Part shown: positions 25,481 to 39,335 of the stretch, piece after piece
How the letters are laid out: each line of letters starts with the position of its first letter
Position numbering within the stretch: the first letter of the stretch is position 1
NCBI GenBank assembly: GCA_038087875.1
Contig: JAXLNO010000304.1
Span: 1-61,470, forward strand
DNA length: 61,470 nucleotides
Source: Malacoraja senta
Taxonomy: Eukaryota
Direction of reading: 5' to 3'
Notes under the pieces: generated by a model
The model's input: only the letters and a program-made list of their open reading frames with translations
Databases searched by the model: none
What the model was told of the DNA's origin: nothing
Translations under genes and position numbers: made by a program

Positions 25481-25810
25481 CAGGCCTGCTAATGTACAGC
25501 AATAACTGTGTTAGAGATGACATTGCTACCAAGATGACGCCCAACCCAGGCGACTATCTGCCCGCCGGCCACAGAAGCAGATCTACAGTCACGTATTACA
25601 ATCGCCCCACACTCTGACATCTCTGCTCCTACACATTCCCTCATCATGCATCCGAACACTGTGGACGGCCTGATTGTAATCATGTATTGTCTTCCGCTGA
25701 CTGGTTAGCCCGCAACAAAGGCTTTTCACTGTACCTCGCTACACGTGACAATAAACTGAACTGAACCCAACTGAACTGTCAGGGCACGCAGGATGAGAGA
25801 CATGGATGCC

Positions 25811-26142
<332 letters not shown>

Positions 26143-26669
26143 TTACACAAAGGGAAGGAGCGGGTGGAGGGGGTGGAGAAGGAACAATACAGGATCCTGA
26201 TGCACGATATTGTCTCCACTTTGGCAGCTTCCCAGGGACAATAATGTTATTTTCCACCTTGCAAATTTCAAAAGGAGTCTGAGCTACAATTGAACAAGGC
26301 CCAACCTGAGAAGAAATGATCGCAACGAGCTTTGATAAAATTGAAAGTAATGGGAAGAATGAGATGTTGGTGATAAAGGTTGCTGTTCTCCACTCTCGGC
26401 CTCAGCTACCCACCAGCAATCAATTGGCACTGACCTCCTCCTTGAAGGTCCTCCTCTCAGTTTGAGCTGTTATTTTAAATGTTAATAAAAGCTTGTGAGA
26501 AACAGCTGTGAGAGATAGATGTGTCTCGATAGAGTCTGCACTCTGCAAGCAATACTCAAGGTTGCATTAAAGTCAGATCGCTATTATTTGTAACGCAACA
26601 CTAAAAGTTGTTCTCCAAAGTTGCAGGAACCAAGTTGGAATACACAAGCCCAGACTACCCATCATCATA

Positions 26670-27960
26670 GAGGGTTGAGACCTTCAAGTTCTTAGGTGTC
26701 AATATTACCAACAACTTCTCCTGGAAATTCATATTCTCCTTCACCCATATTGAAGCAATGACCAAGAAAGGCTTAGGAGGTTCGGCATGTACCCCAACTC
26801 TCACCAACTTCTACAGATGCACCACAGAAGGCATTTTATCGGGAGCTATCACAGCACGGTTTGGGAACAGCTCCATCCAAGACCGCAAGAAATTGCAGCG
26901 AATTGTGGACGCAGCCCAGACCATCACACAAACCAACCTCCCTTCCACTGGCTCCATCTACACCTCACGCTGCCTCGGCAAGGCCAGCAGCATCATCAAG
27001 GACCAGTCTCACACCCGGCCACTCCCTCTTCTCCCCTCTCCCATCGGGCAAGAGGTACAGAAGTGTGAAAACGCACACCTCCAGATTCATGGACAGTTTC
27101 TTCCCAGCTGTTATCAGGCAACTGAACCATCTTACCACAACCAGAGAGCGGTCCTGAAGTCAAGTCAAGTTCAAGTGAGTTTATTGTCATGTGTCCCTGA
27201 TAGGACAATGAAATTCTTGCTTTGCTTCAGCACAACAGAACATAGTAGGCATTGACTACAAAACAGATCAGTGTGTCCATATACCATTATATAAATATAT
27301 ACACACATCAATAAATAAACTGATAAAGTGCAAATAACAGTTAATTGGCTAATAAAGTTCAGTGTTTTGTCCGAGCCAAGTTTAATAGCCTGATGGCTGT
27401 GGGGAAGTAGCTATTCCTGAACCTGGTCGTTGCAGTCTTCAGGCTCCTGTACCTTCTACCTGAAGGTAGTAGGGAGATGAGTGTGTGGCCAGGATGGTGT
27501 GGATCGTTGATGATGCTGCCAGCCTTTTTGAGGCAGCGACTGCGATAGATCCCCTCGATGGTGGGGAGGTCAGAGCCGATGATGGACTGGGCAGTGTTTA
27601 CTACTTTTTGTAGTCTTTTCTACTATCTGAACTACTATTTACTGAACTACTATCTACCTCTTTCGTGACCCTCGGACTATCCTTCTTCAGTCTGAAGAAG
27701 GGTCTCGACCAGAAATGTCGCCTATTCCTTCTCTCCATAGATGCTGCCTCACCTGCTGAGTTTCTCCAGCATTTTTGTCTACCTCAGACTCTCCTTGATC
27801 AGACTTTACTGGCTTTACCTTGCACCAAACATTATTCCCTTATCATGTATCTGTACACTGAGAACGGCTCGATTGTAATCGTGTATTGTCTTTCTGCTGA
27901 CTGGTTAGCACGCAACAAAAGCTTTTCACTGTACCTCGGTACACGGGACAATAAACTGAG
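26670..27960 (+). mobile_element. Rex1/Babar-like LINE 3' end with nested minus-strand Rex-like copy (~27157-27620) and Penelope terminus (~27685-27785)
   Basis: TLTNFYRCTTEGILSGAITARFG...DRKKLQRIV...GKRYRS; nested copy has a (cttga)n tail. Confidence 0.8.
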
Positions 27961-28140
27961 CTGAACTGAATGAGGAGTGAAGACACTCATCATCTTCTTG
28001 CTTCTGTCTCCAGCGCGTGTGTGAACTTCATGATGGAAGAGGTTTGTTACCGACACAACTCAAATATCAGTTACTCCAGCTTCTTGTGTCTCTCTGCTAC
28101 TGTATATCCAGCATTCCCATCACTACTCGAGCCTGTATCC

Positions 28141-28182
28141 ATGTGTGTGTGTGTGTGTGTGTGTGTGTACGTGTGTGTGTGT

Positions 28183-28223
<41 letters not shown>

Positions 28224-28396
28224 TGTATGTGAGTGTGTGTGTGTGTGTATGTGAGTGTGTGTGTGTGTGTGTGAGAGTGAGTGTGTGTGTGTGTGTGTGT
28301 ATGTATGTGGGTGTGAGTGGGTGTATGTGGGTGGGTGTGAATATGTTTGTGTGTGAGTGTGAGTGTGTTAGTGTGTGTGCGTGCATGTGTGAGTAT

Positions 28397-28433
<37 letters not shown>

Positions 28434-28462
28434 CGTGAGTGTGTGTGTGTGTGTGTGTGTAT

Positions 28463-28505
<43 letters not shown>

Positions 28506-28618
28506 TGTATGAGTGTGTGTGTGTGTGTGTGTGTGAGTGTGAGTGTGTGTGTGTGTGTGTGTGAGTGTGAGTGTGTGTGTGTGTGTATGAGTGTGTGTGA
28601 GTGTGTGTGTGTGTGAGT
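28141..28618. repeat. Degenerate (GT)n microsatellite
   Basis: Direct inspection. Confidence 0.95.
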
Positions 28619-28654
28619 GGATATTCATGAGCCCACACGTTTTCCCAAGTTAAG

Positions 28655-28933
28655 GGCAGCACGGTGGCGCAGCGGGTAGAGCTGCTGCCTCACAGCGCCA
28701 GAGACCCGTGTTCGATCCTGACTACGGGTGCTGTCTGTACGGAGTTTGTACGTTCTCCCCGTGTCCTGCGTGGGTTTTCTCCAAAGACGTAGGTTAATTG
28801 GCTTGGAGTAAATGTAACATTGTCCCTAGTGTGTGTAGGATAGCGTTAATGTTGTGGGATCACTGGTCGGTACAGACTCGGTGGGCTGAAGGGCCTGTTT
28901 CCGCGCTGTGTCTCTAACCTAAACTAAACTAAA
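28655..28933 (+). mobile_element. V-SINE (HE1-like)
   Basis: tRNA head, internally deleted V-domain, tail. Confidence 0.85.
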
Positions 28934-29387
28934 AAACAAAAGTGGTTCTAACACTATAACTGCTGCTCACCGTTAAAGCAGTATTCAATATTAACGTCAG
29001 AAAATCATTACCAATGAACAAAGCACAATTTAAAATGATGTAGGCGTTTTAATAAAGATTTCAAATTGAGGTCATTCTTTCACCTGTTTAAGGCAGTAAT
29101 AGGCTATTGAAAATAACTGATTGTGTTTGTTTTCAGCCTGTTGGCAGATTCACTGTTGTATTATTAATCTGGTGAGGGTTGCCTGCAAGTCCACAGGTCG
29201 CGGCAGTCAACGGGAGATGGAGGAGGTGATCGACCAGGCAGTTCTGTCCAAACTGGTGCAGAGCCAAGCACATTGCAGCCCATGCCAGCCCCCTGCTGCC
29301 CATCCCTGCCCACTGCCTCCCACTTCCCTCCCCATCTCTCCCCATCCCTGCGCTTCCATACCCCATGCCCAGCTCATCCCAACCCAT

Positions 29388-29862
29388 CCAAGGTTAATTC
29401 CCGGGATGTCGGGACTGTCATATGCTGAGAGAATGGAGCAGCCGGGCTTGTACACTCTGGAGTTTAGAAGGATGAGAGGGAATCTCATTGAAACATATAA
29501 GATTATTAAGGGTTTGGACACGCTAGAGGCAGGAAACATGTTCCCGATGTTGGCGGAGTCCAGAACCAGGGGCCACAGTTTAAGAATAAGGGGTAGGCCA
29601 TTTAGAACGGAGATGAGGAAAAACTTTTTCACACAGAGAGTTGTGAATCTGTGGAACTCTCTGCCTCAGAAGGCAGTGGAGCCCAATTCTCTGGATGCTT
29701 TAAACAGAGAACTAGATAGGGCTCTTAAAGATAGCGGAGGCAGGGGATATGGGGAGAAGGCAGGAACGGGGTACTGATTGGGGATGATCAGCCATGATCA
29801 CATTGAATGGCGGTGCTGGCTCGAAGGGCCGAATGGCCTACTCCTGCACCTGTTGTCTATTG
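29388..29862 (+). mobile_element. CR1 3' fragment
   Basis: RLIPGMSGLSYAERMEQ...NFFTQRVVNLWNSLP. Confidence 0.9.
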
Positions 29863-30216
29863 TCATCCAATCTCCTCCACCCATGTGTTGGGGATGTCCG
29901 CGTGCTCAGTCGCATAAACTCACGCTTGAAAACGCAATTACCTCTCTCCCATGGCCGACGTGACTTCAGTCGGAAGATTGAAAGTGGACTTAATCTTTCC
30001 ATTTGTTCCAGGAATTACATGAATTAATGAATGTCCTTTGGGCCGTTCCAGTCTTTCAGGCGACTGTTAGATTCACTGTGTAGGAAGGAACTGCAGGCAC
30101 CGGCTTACACCGAAGATAGACACAAAGTGCTGGAGTAACTCAGCGGGACAGGCAGCGTCTCTGGAGAAAAGGAATAGGTGACGTTTTGGGTCAGAACCCT
30201 TCTTCAGACTCTGAAG

Positions 30217-30680
30217 AAGAGGTTGAGCGGGCTGGGTCTCTATTCCTTGGAGCGCAGGCGGATGAGGGGTGATCTTTCAGAGGTGTTCAAAATCATGAGA
30301 GGAATAGATCGGGTAGATGCACAGAGACTCTTGCCCAGAGTAGGGGAATCGAGGACCAGAGGACATAGGTTCAAGGTGAAGGGGAAAAGATTTAATAGGA
30401 ACCTAAGGGGTAACCATTTCACACAAAGGGTGGTGGGTGTATGGAACGAGCTGCCAGAGGAGGTAGTTGCGGCTGGGACTATCCTAATGTTTAAGGAACA
30501 GTTAGACAGGTACATGGATAGGTACACAAAAATGCTGGAGAAACTCAGCGGGTGCAGCAGCATCTATGGAGCGAAGGAAATAGGTAAGGTTTCGGGCCGA
30601 AACCCTTCTTCAGACATGGTTCTTCACGTACATGGATAGGGCAGGTTTAGAGGGATATGGACCAAACACGGGCAGGTACA
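30217..30680 (+). mobile_element. CR1 fragment with nested Penelope terminus
   Basis: CR1 C-terminus; insertion 30523-30627 flanked by TSD gtacatggatagg (30510-30522, 30628-30640). Confidence 0.8.
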
Positions 30681-32842
30681 TCCTCTGCTATTCCGTGCAG
30701 TTCAACATTCTCTCCCCTCACTGTGACCATCGTTTAAACCCCATCCAGTCTAACCCCTGACCCCCAGCTCCCTGCCTGCAATGAACAGTTCAGTAACTAT
30801 CATTTTCCAGTTATCTCCAAACACAGATTTTCGAAAAAAAATAATGTTTTCACTAAGAGAGAAAAAAGCAGTTTCATAAAAGTCTATTTACATCGCTAAA
30901 GAGATTTAAAGTTTATTAACATAATTAAACTTGCCTAATTGCCTCTGCATGATCGCATCGATACGCCAAATATGAATTGGAAATCCGCACAATTAGGCTC
31001 GGATGTGAACACCTTTAGTCTGCCTATTTGTTGAATGTAATTGAAAACTCCCCAGAAATTCCCAAACCGAGACTACAATTAGAATTCCACATATTATTAG
31101 TGTGCATGTGCAGAGAGAGCAGATTAAAGTTCCCATTCCACCCAAAGTCCCATCACATTGCACGAGCAAGTCTCCTGTCGACACAGAGACCAGCACGGAA
31201 ACAGCCCCAACTTGCCCACACCGACCAACATGTCCCATCTACACTGGCCCCACCTGCCTGCGTCTTAAAGGAACGTCCTTTAATAGAAGCTATGACCTCT
31301 AGTCCCAGAATTGCATGAAAACATACAATTTTACCAGTTTGTATACAAAGCCAGGCATCTTTTTCACAAAGAGAGTTGTGAGTCTGTGGAATTCTCTGCC
31401 TCAGAGGGCGGTGGAGGCTTTCAAGGGAGAGTTACATAGAGCTCTTAGGGATAGCGGAGTTAAGGGATATTGGGGGGGAAGGCAGGAACAGGGTGCTGAT
31501 TGTGGATGATCAGCCATGATCACATTGAATGGTGGTGCTGTCTCAAAGGGCTGAATGGCCTACTCCTGCACCTATTGTCTATTGTCTATCTCACTGCAGC
31601 CTAGGTACTTGTGACAATAAAGTATCGTTAAATCTTTGGATCATTGGGAAAGTGTTAGAGGTGGGATTGGGGGAGAGAGTCGTAGAGTGATACAGCGTGG
31701 AAACAGGCCCTTCGGTCCAACTTGCCCATACCAGCCAACATGTCCCAGCTACACTAGTCCCAAGAGAGAGTTAGATTTAGTTCTTAGAGCTAACGGAATC
31801 AAGGGATATGGGGAAAAAGCAGGAACGGGGTACTGATTCTGGATGTACATATGATCATATTGAATGGCGGTGCCGGCTCGAAGGGCTGAATGGCCTACTC
31901 CTGCACCTATTTTCTATGTTTCTCTGCCCGCGTATGGTCCATATTCCACCAAACCTGTCTAACTGTTTCTTAAACATTGGGATAGTCCCAGCCTCAACAA
32001 CTCCTCTGACAGTTTTTTTCCATGCACCCACTACCCTATGCGTGAAAAAGTTACCCCTCGGGTTCCTATTAAATCTTACCCCCTTCACCTTAAACCTATG
32101 TCCTCTGGTCCTCGATTCCCCGACTCTGGGCAAGAGACTGTGTGCGTCTGTGGGTCCCAAATACCATGAAACTCATTAACAAAGACCAGAATCAGTTTAA
32201 ACAATTGTGCATTGTCCTTTGGAAAGAATCCCAAATTAATTCAAATATATTCAGTGAATTGCTTGAAAGCTGAACAAAGAGAGAAAAAGTTATAAAAGCC
32301 GAGATGTCAGGAATATTGACAGCCTTAGTAATTTGCATAATTAGCGTGGAGTTAGTCTCTAGTGTTGTGCTGGCGGGTGCAGCTGAGAACTTCAGCCTTT
32401 GTTGTCTCTTCATCTCTCCTGTTGCATCCACACCATTCTCCCTTCCCCTCTCTTTGTTCCTTTGGTGAGAAGAATCAGGTCCTTTGGCGAGAAGAATTAG
32501 AACACGAACAATTAACCTACAAACCTGCACGTCTTTGGAGTGTGGGTGGAAATTGGAGATCTCCCCCCCCCCCCCACCCCTCTCACGCAGATCACGGGGA
32601 GGACGTGCAAACTCCGTACAGACAGCACCGGTAGTCAGGATGGAACCCGGGTCTCTGGCGCTGTGAGGGAGCAGCTCTACCCGCTGCACTTCTGTGCCGA
32701 CCTCTTTCTTTCAGACTGTTCTGCCACACAACACAAGATTGTTTCCACTAGTGGGAGCGTCTAGGACCAGAGGTCATAGCCTCAGAATCAAAGGACATTC
32801 CCTTAGGAAGCATGTCAGGAGGAACTTTAAATGCTGTGAATT

Positions 32843-33125
32843 TTTAGTTTAGTTTAGAGATACAGCGCGGAAACAGGCCCTTCGGCCCATCGATTCCACG
32901 CCGACCAGCGATCCCCGCACATTAACACTATCCTACACACACACACACTAGGGACAATTTACACCTATACCAAGCCAATTAACCTACAAACCTGTAGGTC
33001 TTTGGAGTGTGGGAGGAACCCGGAGCGCCCGGAGAAAACCCACGGGGAGAACGTGCAAACTCCGTACAGACAGCATCCGTAGTCAGGATGGAAGCCGGGT
33101 CTCTGAGGCTGTGAGGCAGCAACGC
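32843..33125 (-). mobile_element. V-SINE (HE1-like)
   Basis: Tail, V-domain and B box. Confidence 0.85.
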
Positions 33126-33432
33126 CGTGCGACGTAGCGAGATTTGCAATGCCAACAATTTGAACTGGCTGCTCATCAGGCGAGTCAGCACACTCCGCCA
33201 CCCGCTGTGTGTGAATTCCATCAGTCGCTCCACTCTCATCTAGTTTCCCACTGATCGCTTGGCCAGGATATAAATACACTGATGTCTTGCTGAAAGTTGT
33301 TAGTTACAATTGCACAATTGGCTCACGACCAAGACAAAAGGCAGGAGGTACAAACTGACTGAGAAGTTGCAGAGTCACCCAGTGTTGTTCACTCATTCTC
33401 TCTGCCCCATGTTGATGACAGTGCCAGGGTTA

Positions 33433-33642
33433 AGGTAGACAAAAATGCTGGAGAAACTCAGCGGGTGCAGCAGCATCTATGGAGCGAAGGAAATAGGCAA
33501 CGTTTCGGGCCGAAACCCTGAAGGAAATAGGCAACGTTTCGGGCCGAAACCCGGAAGGGTTTCGTCCCGAAACGTTGCCTATTTCCTTCACTCCATAGAT
33601 GCTGTTGCACCCGCTGAGTTTCTCCAGCATTTTTGTCTACCT
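33433..33642. mobile_element. Palindromic pair of Penelope-like termini
   Basis: aggtagacaaaaatgctggag... and ...ctccagcatttttgtctacct inverted arms with duplicated gaaggaaataggcaacgtttcgggccgaaacc. Confidence 0.8.
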
Positions 33643-34884
33643 ACCATTATATAAATATATACACACATGAATAAATAAACCGATAAAGTGCAAAAAAACA
33701 GATAATGGGCTATTAATGTTCAGGGTTTTGTCCGAGCCAAGTTTAATAGCCTGATGGTACACAAAAATGCTGGAGAAACTCAGCGGGTGCAGCAGCATCT
33801 ATGGAGCGAAGGAAATAGGCAACGTTTCGGGCCGAAAGCCTTCTTCAGACTGAGTGTCAGGGTTAATATCGGTGTAAGTCTGATACTTACTTTTGGAGAT
33901 CGTAGACTGACACTCTCTCTCCCCCCCCTCCCACCCCCCCCAATCTTTGCACATCCCAAAGGGATGTTGGCCACAGGGGGGACATGCAAACTCCACACAG
34001 ACAGCACCCGTGGAGTTAACAGTCCTGTCACAGTTCATAGCCCGCAAGTTGGCAACTGTGGCGAACCCAGACAAGAACAAGTCAATGCGGATTAATTGGA
34101 TGAGGAAGAATATAAATTTTAATCAATCTGAATTCATCAAAAAAGACCTGCTGTGATCTCTTCGACTTCTACACTGATTAGGAAGGCACAAATACCAACA
34201 TGAAAATTAAGATCGTTTTTGAATGAAGCGAGTGCTTTGCATCTTTGAAAACAAACATGTCTTGGATACATCTGAGGGGTGTCATCAACAGAGAGGAGTT
34301 GTGGAGAATGCAGTCTTTTACCAAAAATAAGAATGTTTTATTATTAATGTTTTGTGTGTCATTCCTAACTGCCACTGTACGTCATGTTGTCACTTGTGGG
34401 CGGAGCACCAAAGCAAATTCCTTGTATGTGAATACTTGGCCGATAAACTTATTCATTCATTCATTCAAAATAGGGGAATCCAGTGGATATACTTTAGGTT
34501 TAAGGTGAGGGGGGGGATAGGAATCTGAGGGGCAACTTTTTCACGAAGATGTGGAGGGTGTATGGAACGAGCTGTCAGAGGAGGCTGGGACTATCAGAAC
34601 ATTGATACGACACGGACAGGTACACGGATAGGAGCGGTTTGGAGGGATATGGGCCAAACGCAGGCCAATGGGACCATGACTATGCAGCCAATTAACTACA
34701 AAACTGCACGTCTTTGGGATGTGGGAGAAAACCTACGCGGTCACAGGGAGAACATGCAAACTCCACACAGACAGCGCCCGAAGTCAGGATTGAACCGGGG
34801 ATGTGAGGGATGTTGAGGCGCTGTCCCACCCGTCTATACATCGGCTGCGATTCTCTCATTGGTTGCCCGAAACAAGTGACCCAT

Positions 34885-35470
34885 GGTCACAGAGTGATAT
34901 AGCACGTAAAACAGGCCCTTCGGCCCATCTTGCCCACACCGGCCAACATGTCCCAGTAATACACGTCCCACCTGCCCGCGTTTGGTCCATATCCCTCCAA
35001 CCCAGTCCTATCCATGTACCTGTCTAACTGTTTCTTAAACGTTGGGATAGTCCCTGCCTCAACTACCTCCTCTGGCAGCTCGTTCCATACACCCACCACC
35101 CTCTGTGTGAAAAAGTTACCCCTCAGATTTCTATTAAATCTTTCCCCCCCTCACCTTAAACCCGTGTCCTCTGTGTCTCAAATCCCCTATCTGGGCAAGA
35201 GACTCTGTGCATCTACCCGATCTATTCCTCTCATGATATTATACACCTCTATAAGATCACCCCTCATCCTCCTGCGCTCCAAGTCATAGAGTCCCAGCCT
35301 GCTCAACGTCTCCCTGTAGCCCAGACCCCCGAGTTCTGACAACATCCTCGTAAATCTTCTCTGTACCCTTTCCAGCTTGACGACATATTTCCTGTAACAC
35401 GGTGCCCAGAGCTGAACACAATACACTAAATGCGGTCTCACCAACAGCTTATATAACTGCAAGATGACCT
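34885..35470 (-). mobile_element. CR1/HER1-type 3' fragment
   Basis: QLYKLLVRPHLVYCVQLWAP...LERVQRRFTRML. Confidence 0.9.
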
Positions 35471-36194
35471 CCCACCTTATTCACATTTCAGGTTATTGTG
35501 AGCGTGAACAGCGATGAGACCAGGTAACAAGCCTGGGTTACAAATGTGTGCTTTGCACCATTGAAATGCAGTGAATGTAATCTAATCACCAGACACGAGG
35601 CAGTGTTTGACAAAGTCAGAGGTTGCGTTTGTCAATGCTGGGTTCCCTGGATGTTACATGTAGCATGAAGCGTTCGAGGAACTGTGCTGGAAACCAACAA
35701 ATAACAGTGTCACGGAGTGCTGGAGTAACTCAGCGGGTCAGGCAGCATCTGTGGAGAGATGGAATGGGTGACGTTTCGGAAGAAGGGTCTCGACCCAAAA
35801 CGTCACCCATTCCTTCTCTCCAGAGATGCTGCCCGTCCCGCTGAGTTACTCCAGTTTTTTGTGTCCACCTCAGTCAGTGAAATTCTGCTGTTCCATCGTG
35901 ATGCTTCGGACAGGATGGAACGCCTCATCTGAGGATGAAGAAGTGGCTGTAACTCAGCATGAAGTTTCCACTCACATTATTTCTGTAATAGTATTATAAT
36001 CTCAAACAGATCAAGGCTGAGATATATTTCTGACACTAAACTCTGCTGTGGTAATATATTGCATTTCTCCCGTGAGTGTCTGAAAACAAAGATACAAGTT
36101 ATTAATATATCTCTTCCGCGAGGCAGCTGTCTTTGAAAAATTCATGAATATAATTCTTAGGTTTACAATAAAACTAAATGACAGTGGGTCAGGC

Positions 36195-36428
36195 AGACCC
36201 CACACACTAACACTACCTTACACACACTAGGGACAATTTACAATTTACAGAAGGCAATTAACCTGCACGTCTTTGGAGTGTGGGAGGAAACCGGAGCACC
36301 AGGAGAAAACCCACGCAGGTCACGGGGAGAACGTACAAACTCCGTACAGACAGCACCCGTAGTCGGGATTGATCCAGGGTTTCTGGCGCTGTGAGGCAGC
36401 AACTCTACCCGCTGCGCCACCGTGCCGC
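36195..36428 (-). mobile_element. V-SINE (HE1-like)
   Basis: tRNA head and V-domain. Confidence 0.85.
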
Positions 36429-36429
36429 T

Positions 36430-36541
36430 GGGGTTTGGAGATTTCAACCTTCACGTGGTCCACCTTGCTTCGACTAATGCAATCAACCTGACGTGCACAA
36501 GTTGACCTACAACTTAGGGTGTGCACGCCATACGCAAGAAG
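36430..36541 (+). mobile_element. Ribozyme-headed element, copy 2 (HDV-like core 36430-36484)
   Basis: ACC-TTCACGT-GGT-CCACCTT-GC-TTCGA-CTAA-TGCAATC, then cgtgcaca...tgtgcacg hairpin and catacgcaagaag tail; same 5' start as copy 1. Confidence 0.75.
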
Positions 36542-37996
36542 TCTGTGCAGTTGTGGCATTTCGGGTTGGGACCCATCTTCATACTATTACAGATCAGTGT
36601 AGGAAGGAACTGCAGATGCTGGAGTAACTCAGCGGGACAGGCAGCATCTCTGGAGAGAAGGAATGGGTGACGTTTCAGGTCTGAGTTACTCCAGTACTTT
36701 GTGTCTTTCCTTGGTAAACCAGCATGTGCAGTTCCTTGTTCCTCCAGATCTGAGAGATGGTCTCCTATTCTGTCCTCCCTGCTGCTAATATAACTCCAGC
36801 CTGATGTTACCGTCACCCAGTGCCTGTCTGCCTTCATTGTAAATATAAGTCACGAGGAACTGCAGATACTGAAATCCTGAGCGAAAAACAAAGTGCTGGA
36901 GGAACTCAGCAGGTCAGGCAGCATCTGTGGAGGGAATGGATAGAATATCCCATCCAGTCTGTAGAAAGGTTGCAACGTTTAAGAAACATTTAGACAGGTA
37001 CATGGATAGGTCAGGTTTGGAGGGATATGGACCAAACACAGGCAGGTGGGACTAGTGTAGCTGGGACATGTTGGCCAGTGTGGGCAAGTTGGGCCGAAGG
37101 GCCTGTTTCCACACTGTCTCACTCTATAAGTCTCTTTGGGTCCCGACCCAAAATGTCGTCTATCCATTTGCTTCCACAGCTGCTGCCTGACCTGTTGAGT
37201 TCTTCCAGTGTTTTGTTTCATTGTAAATCTATGAAGTATATTGAAGATTTTTTCGGAGACAGCTGCCTGTGAAAGAGATATATTAATAACCCGTGTTTTC
37301 CAGATACTGACAGGAGAAATGCAATATATTACCACAGCACGTTTTAGTGTCAGAAATGGATCTCTCAGCGTTGATCTGTTTGAGATTATAACACCATTAC
37401 AGAAATAAACATATTGGCAGCAACTTTGAAATATCTTCACATGTAAGATTCTATATAATATTCATCAGACAATAAAGATCTGAGTGATAGTCTCTTCCAG
37501 GTGTCGAGCAATAACTATCGTGCATGGATTTGATGATCAGTTGAAGAGATTTGCAATGGAAATGACTGTGGATTGCTGGTTCTCTGGGTGGATCAGAGGG
37601 AATTGCATTAGTGCATAATAGTGAATATTCAAATAGTGAAAGGCCTGGATAGAGTGGATGTGGAGAGGATGTTTCCACTAGTGGGAGTGTCTAGGACCAG
37701 AGGGCACAGCCTCAGAATTAAAGGTCGTTTCTTCAGGAAAGAGATGAGGAGGAATTTCTTTAGTCAGAGGGTGGTGAATCTGTAGAATTAATTGCCACGG
37801 ACAGCTGTGGAGTTGGGACCAAGTCGGTGGATATTGTCATAGCTGAGATTGATAGATTCTTGATTAGTGCGGGTGTCAGGGGTTACGGGGAGAAGGCAGG
37901 AGAATGGGGTTAGGAGGGAGAGATAGATCAGCCATGAGTAGACTTGATGGGCTGAATGGCCTAATTCTGCCCCTAACACTTATGAAATGATGAGTC

Positions 37997-38300
37997 AACG
38001 GTGGCGCAGCAGTAGATCTATTGCCTCACGGCGCCAGAGACCCGGGTTCGATCCCGACTACTGTCTGTACGGAGTTTGTACGTTCTCCCCGTGACCTGCG
38101 TGGGTTTTCTCCGAGATCTTCGTTTTCCTCCCACACTCCAAAGACGTACAGGTTTGCAGGTTAATTGGCTTGGTGTAAATGTCAAATTATCTCTAGTGCG
38201 TGTGGGATAGTGTTAGTGTGCAGGGATCGCTGGTCGGCGCAGACTAGGTGGGCCGAAGGGCCTGTTTCCACGCTGTATCTCTAAACTAAACCAAACTAAA
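37997..38300 (+). mobile_element. V-SINE (HE1-like)
   Basis: A/B boxes, V-domain, tail. Confidence 0.85.
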
Positions 38301-38794
38301 CTCCAGGGAGTGAGAAGTCAAAGAAAGCCCCAGTGTGGATTATTCAACATTTCTTTGTCACCCTTTCTCTGACTGGTCGTGCATGGATGCACGCAAGGCA
38401 CAGACCGGGCGCGCTGTGATTAGGTTGCTGGATGGGATCCAGAGATGTGTTTCCACAAAGGAGACACAAATTCCAATCCCAGCTGGGGAATTGTATTCAA
38501 TTAATTGGAGAAATCTAAGAATGGAAAGCTCATGGAGGTGTGTCCATAAAACTAGATTATCAGGTCAACCCATCGAGTTAAACCTTCGCTTATTCTTCAC
38601 CAGTCCAGTCCAGAACTGCTCCCGAGCCAGAGAAGGCATCACAGTGGCGCAGCGGGTAGAGCTGCTGCCTCACAGCGCCAGAGACCCGGGTTCCATCCTG
38701 ACTACGGGTGCTGTCTGTACAGAGTTTGTATGTTCATTTGTGAGGCAGTGCCTCCCCCTCTTGACTTGTTTAACCCAAGAGCTCATGTACTTAG

Positions 38795-39335
38795 ATACAT
38801 AGATACATAGAAAATAGGTGCAGGAGTAGGCCATTCGGCCCTTCGAGCCTGCACCGCCATTCAATATGATCATGGCTGATCATCCAACTCAGTATCCCGT
38901 ACCTGCCTTCTCTCCATACCTCCTGATCCCTTTAGCCACAAGGGCCACATCTAACTCCCTCTTAAATATAGCCAATGAACTGGCCTCAACTACCCTCTGT
39001 GGTAGAGAGTTCCAGAGATTCACCACTCTCTGTGTGAAAAAGTTTTTCCTCATCTCGGTCTTAAAGGATTTCCCCCTTATCCTTAAGCTGTGACCCCTTG
39101 TCCTGGACTTCCCCAACATCGGGAATAATCTTCCTGCATCTAGCCTGTCCAACCCCATAAGAATTTTGTACGTTTCTATAAGATCCCCTCTCAATCTCCT
39201 AAATTCTAGCGAGTATAAGCCAAGTCTATCCAGTCTTTCTTCATATGAAAGTCCTGACATCCCAGGAATCAGTCTGGTGAACCTTCTCTGCACTCCCTCT
39301 ATGGCTATAATGTCCTTCCTCAGATTTGGAGACCA
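38795..39335 (-). mobile_element. CR1 3' fragment (young subfamily)
   Basis: Near-identical to ~19760-20290. Confidence 0.9.

Larger units (their letters stand above)
35977..37408. repeat. Old inverted repeat, arms 35977-36174 and 37215-37408
   Basis: e.g. gctgtggtaatatattgcatttctcc vs ggagaaatgcaatatattaccacagc; ttataatctcaaacagatcaa vs ttgatctgtttgagattataa. Confidence 0.85.
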
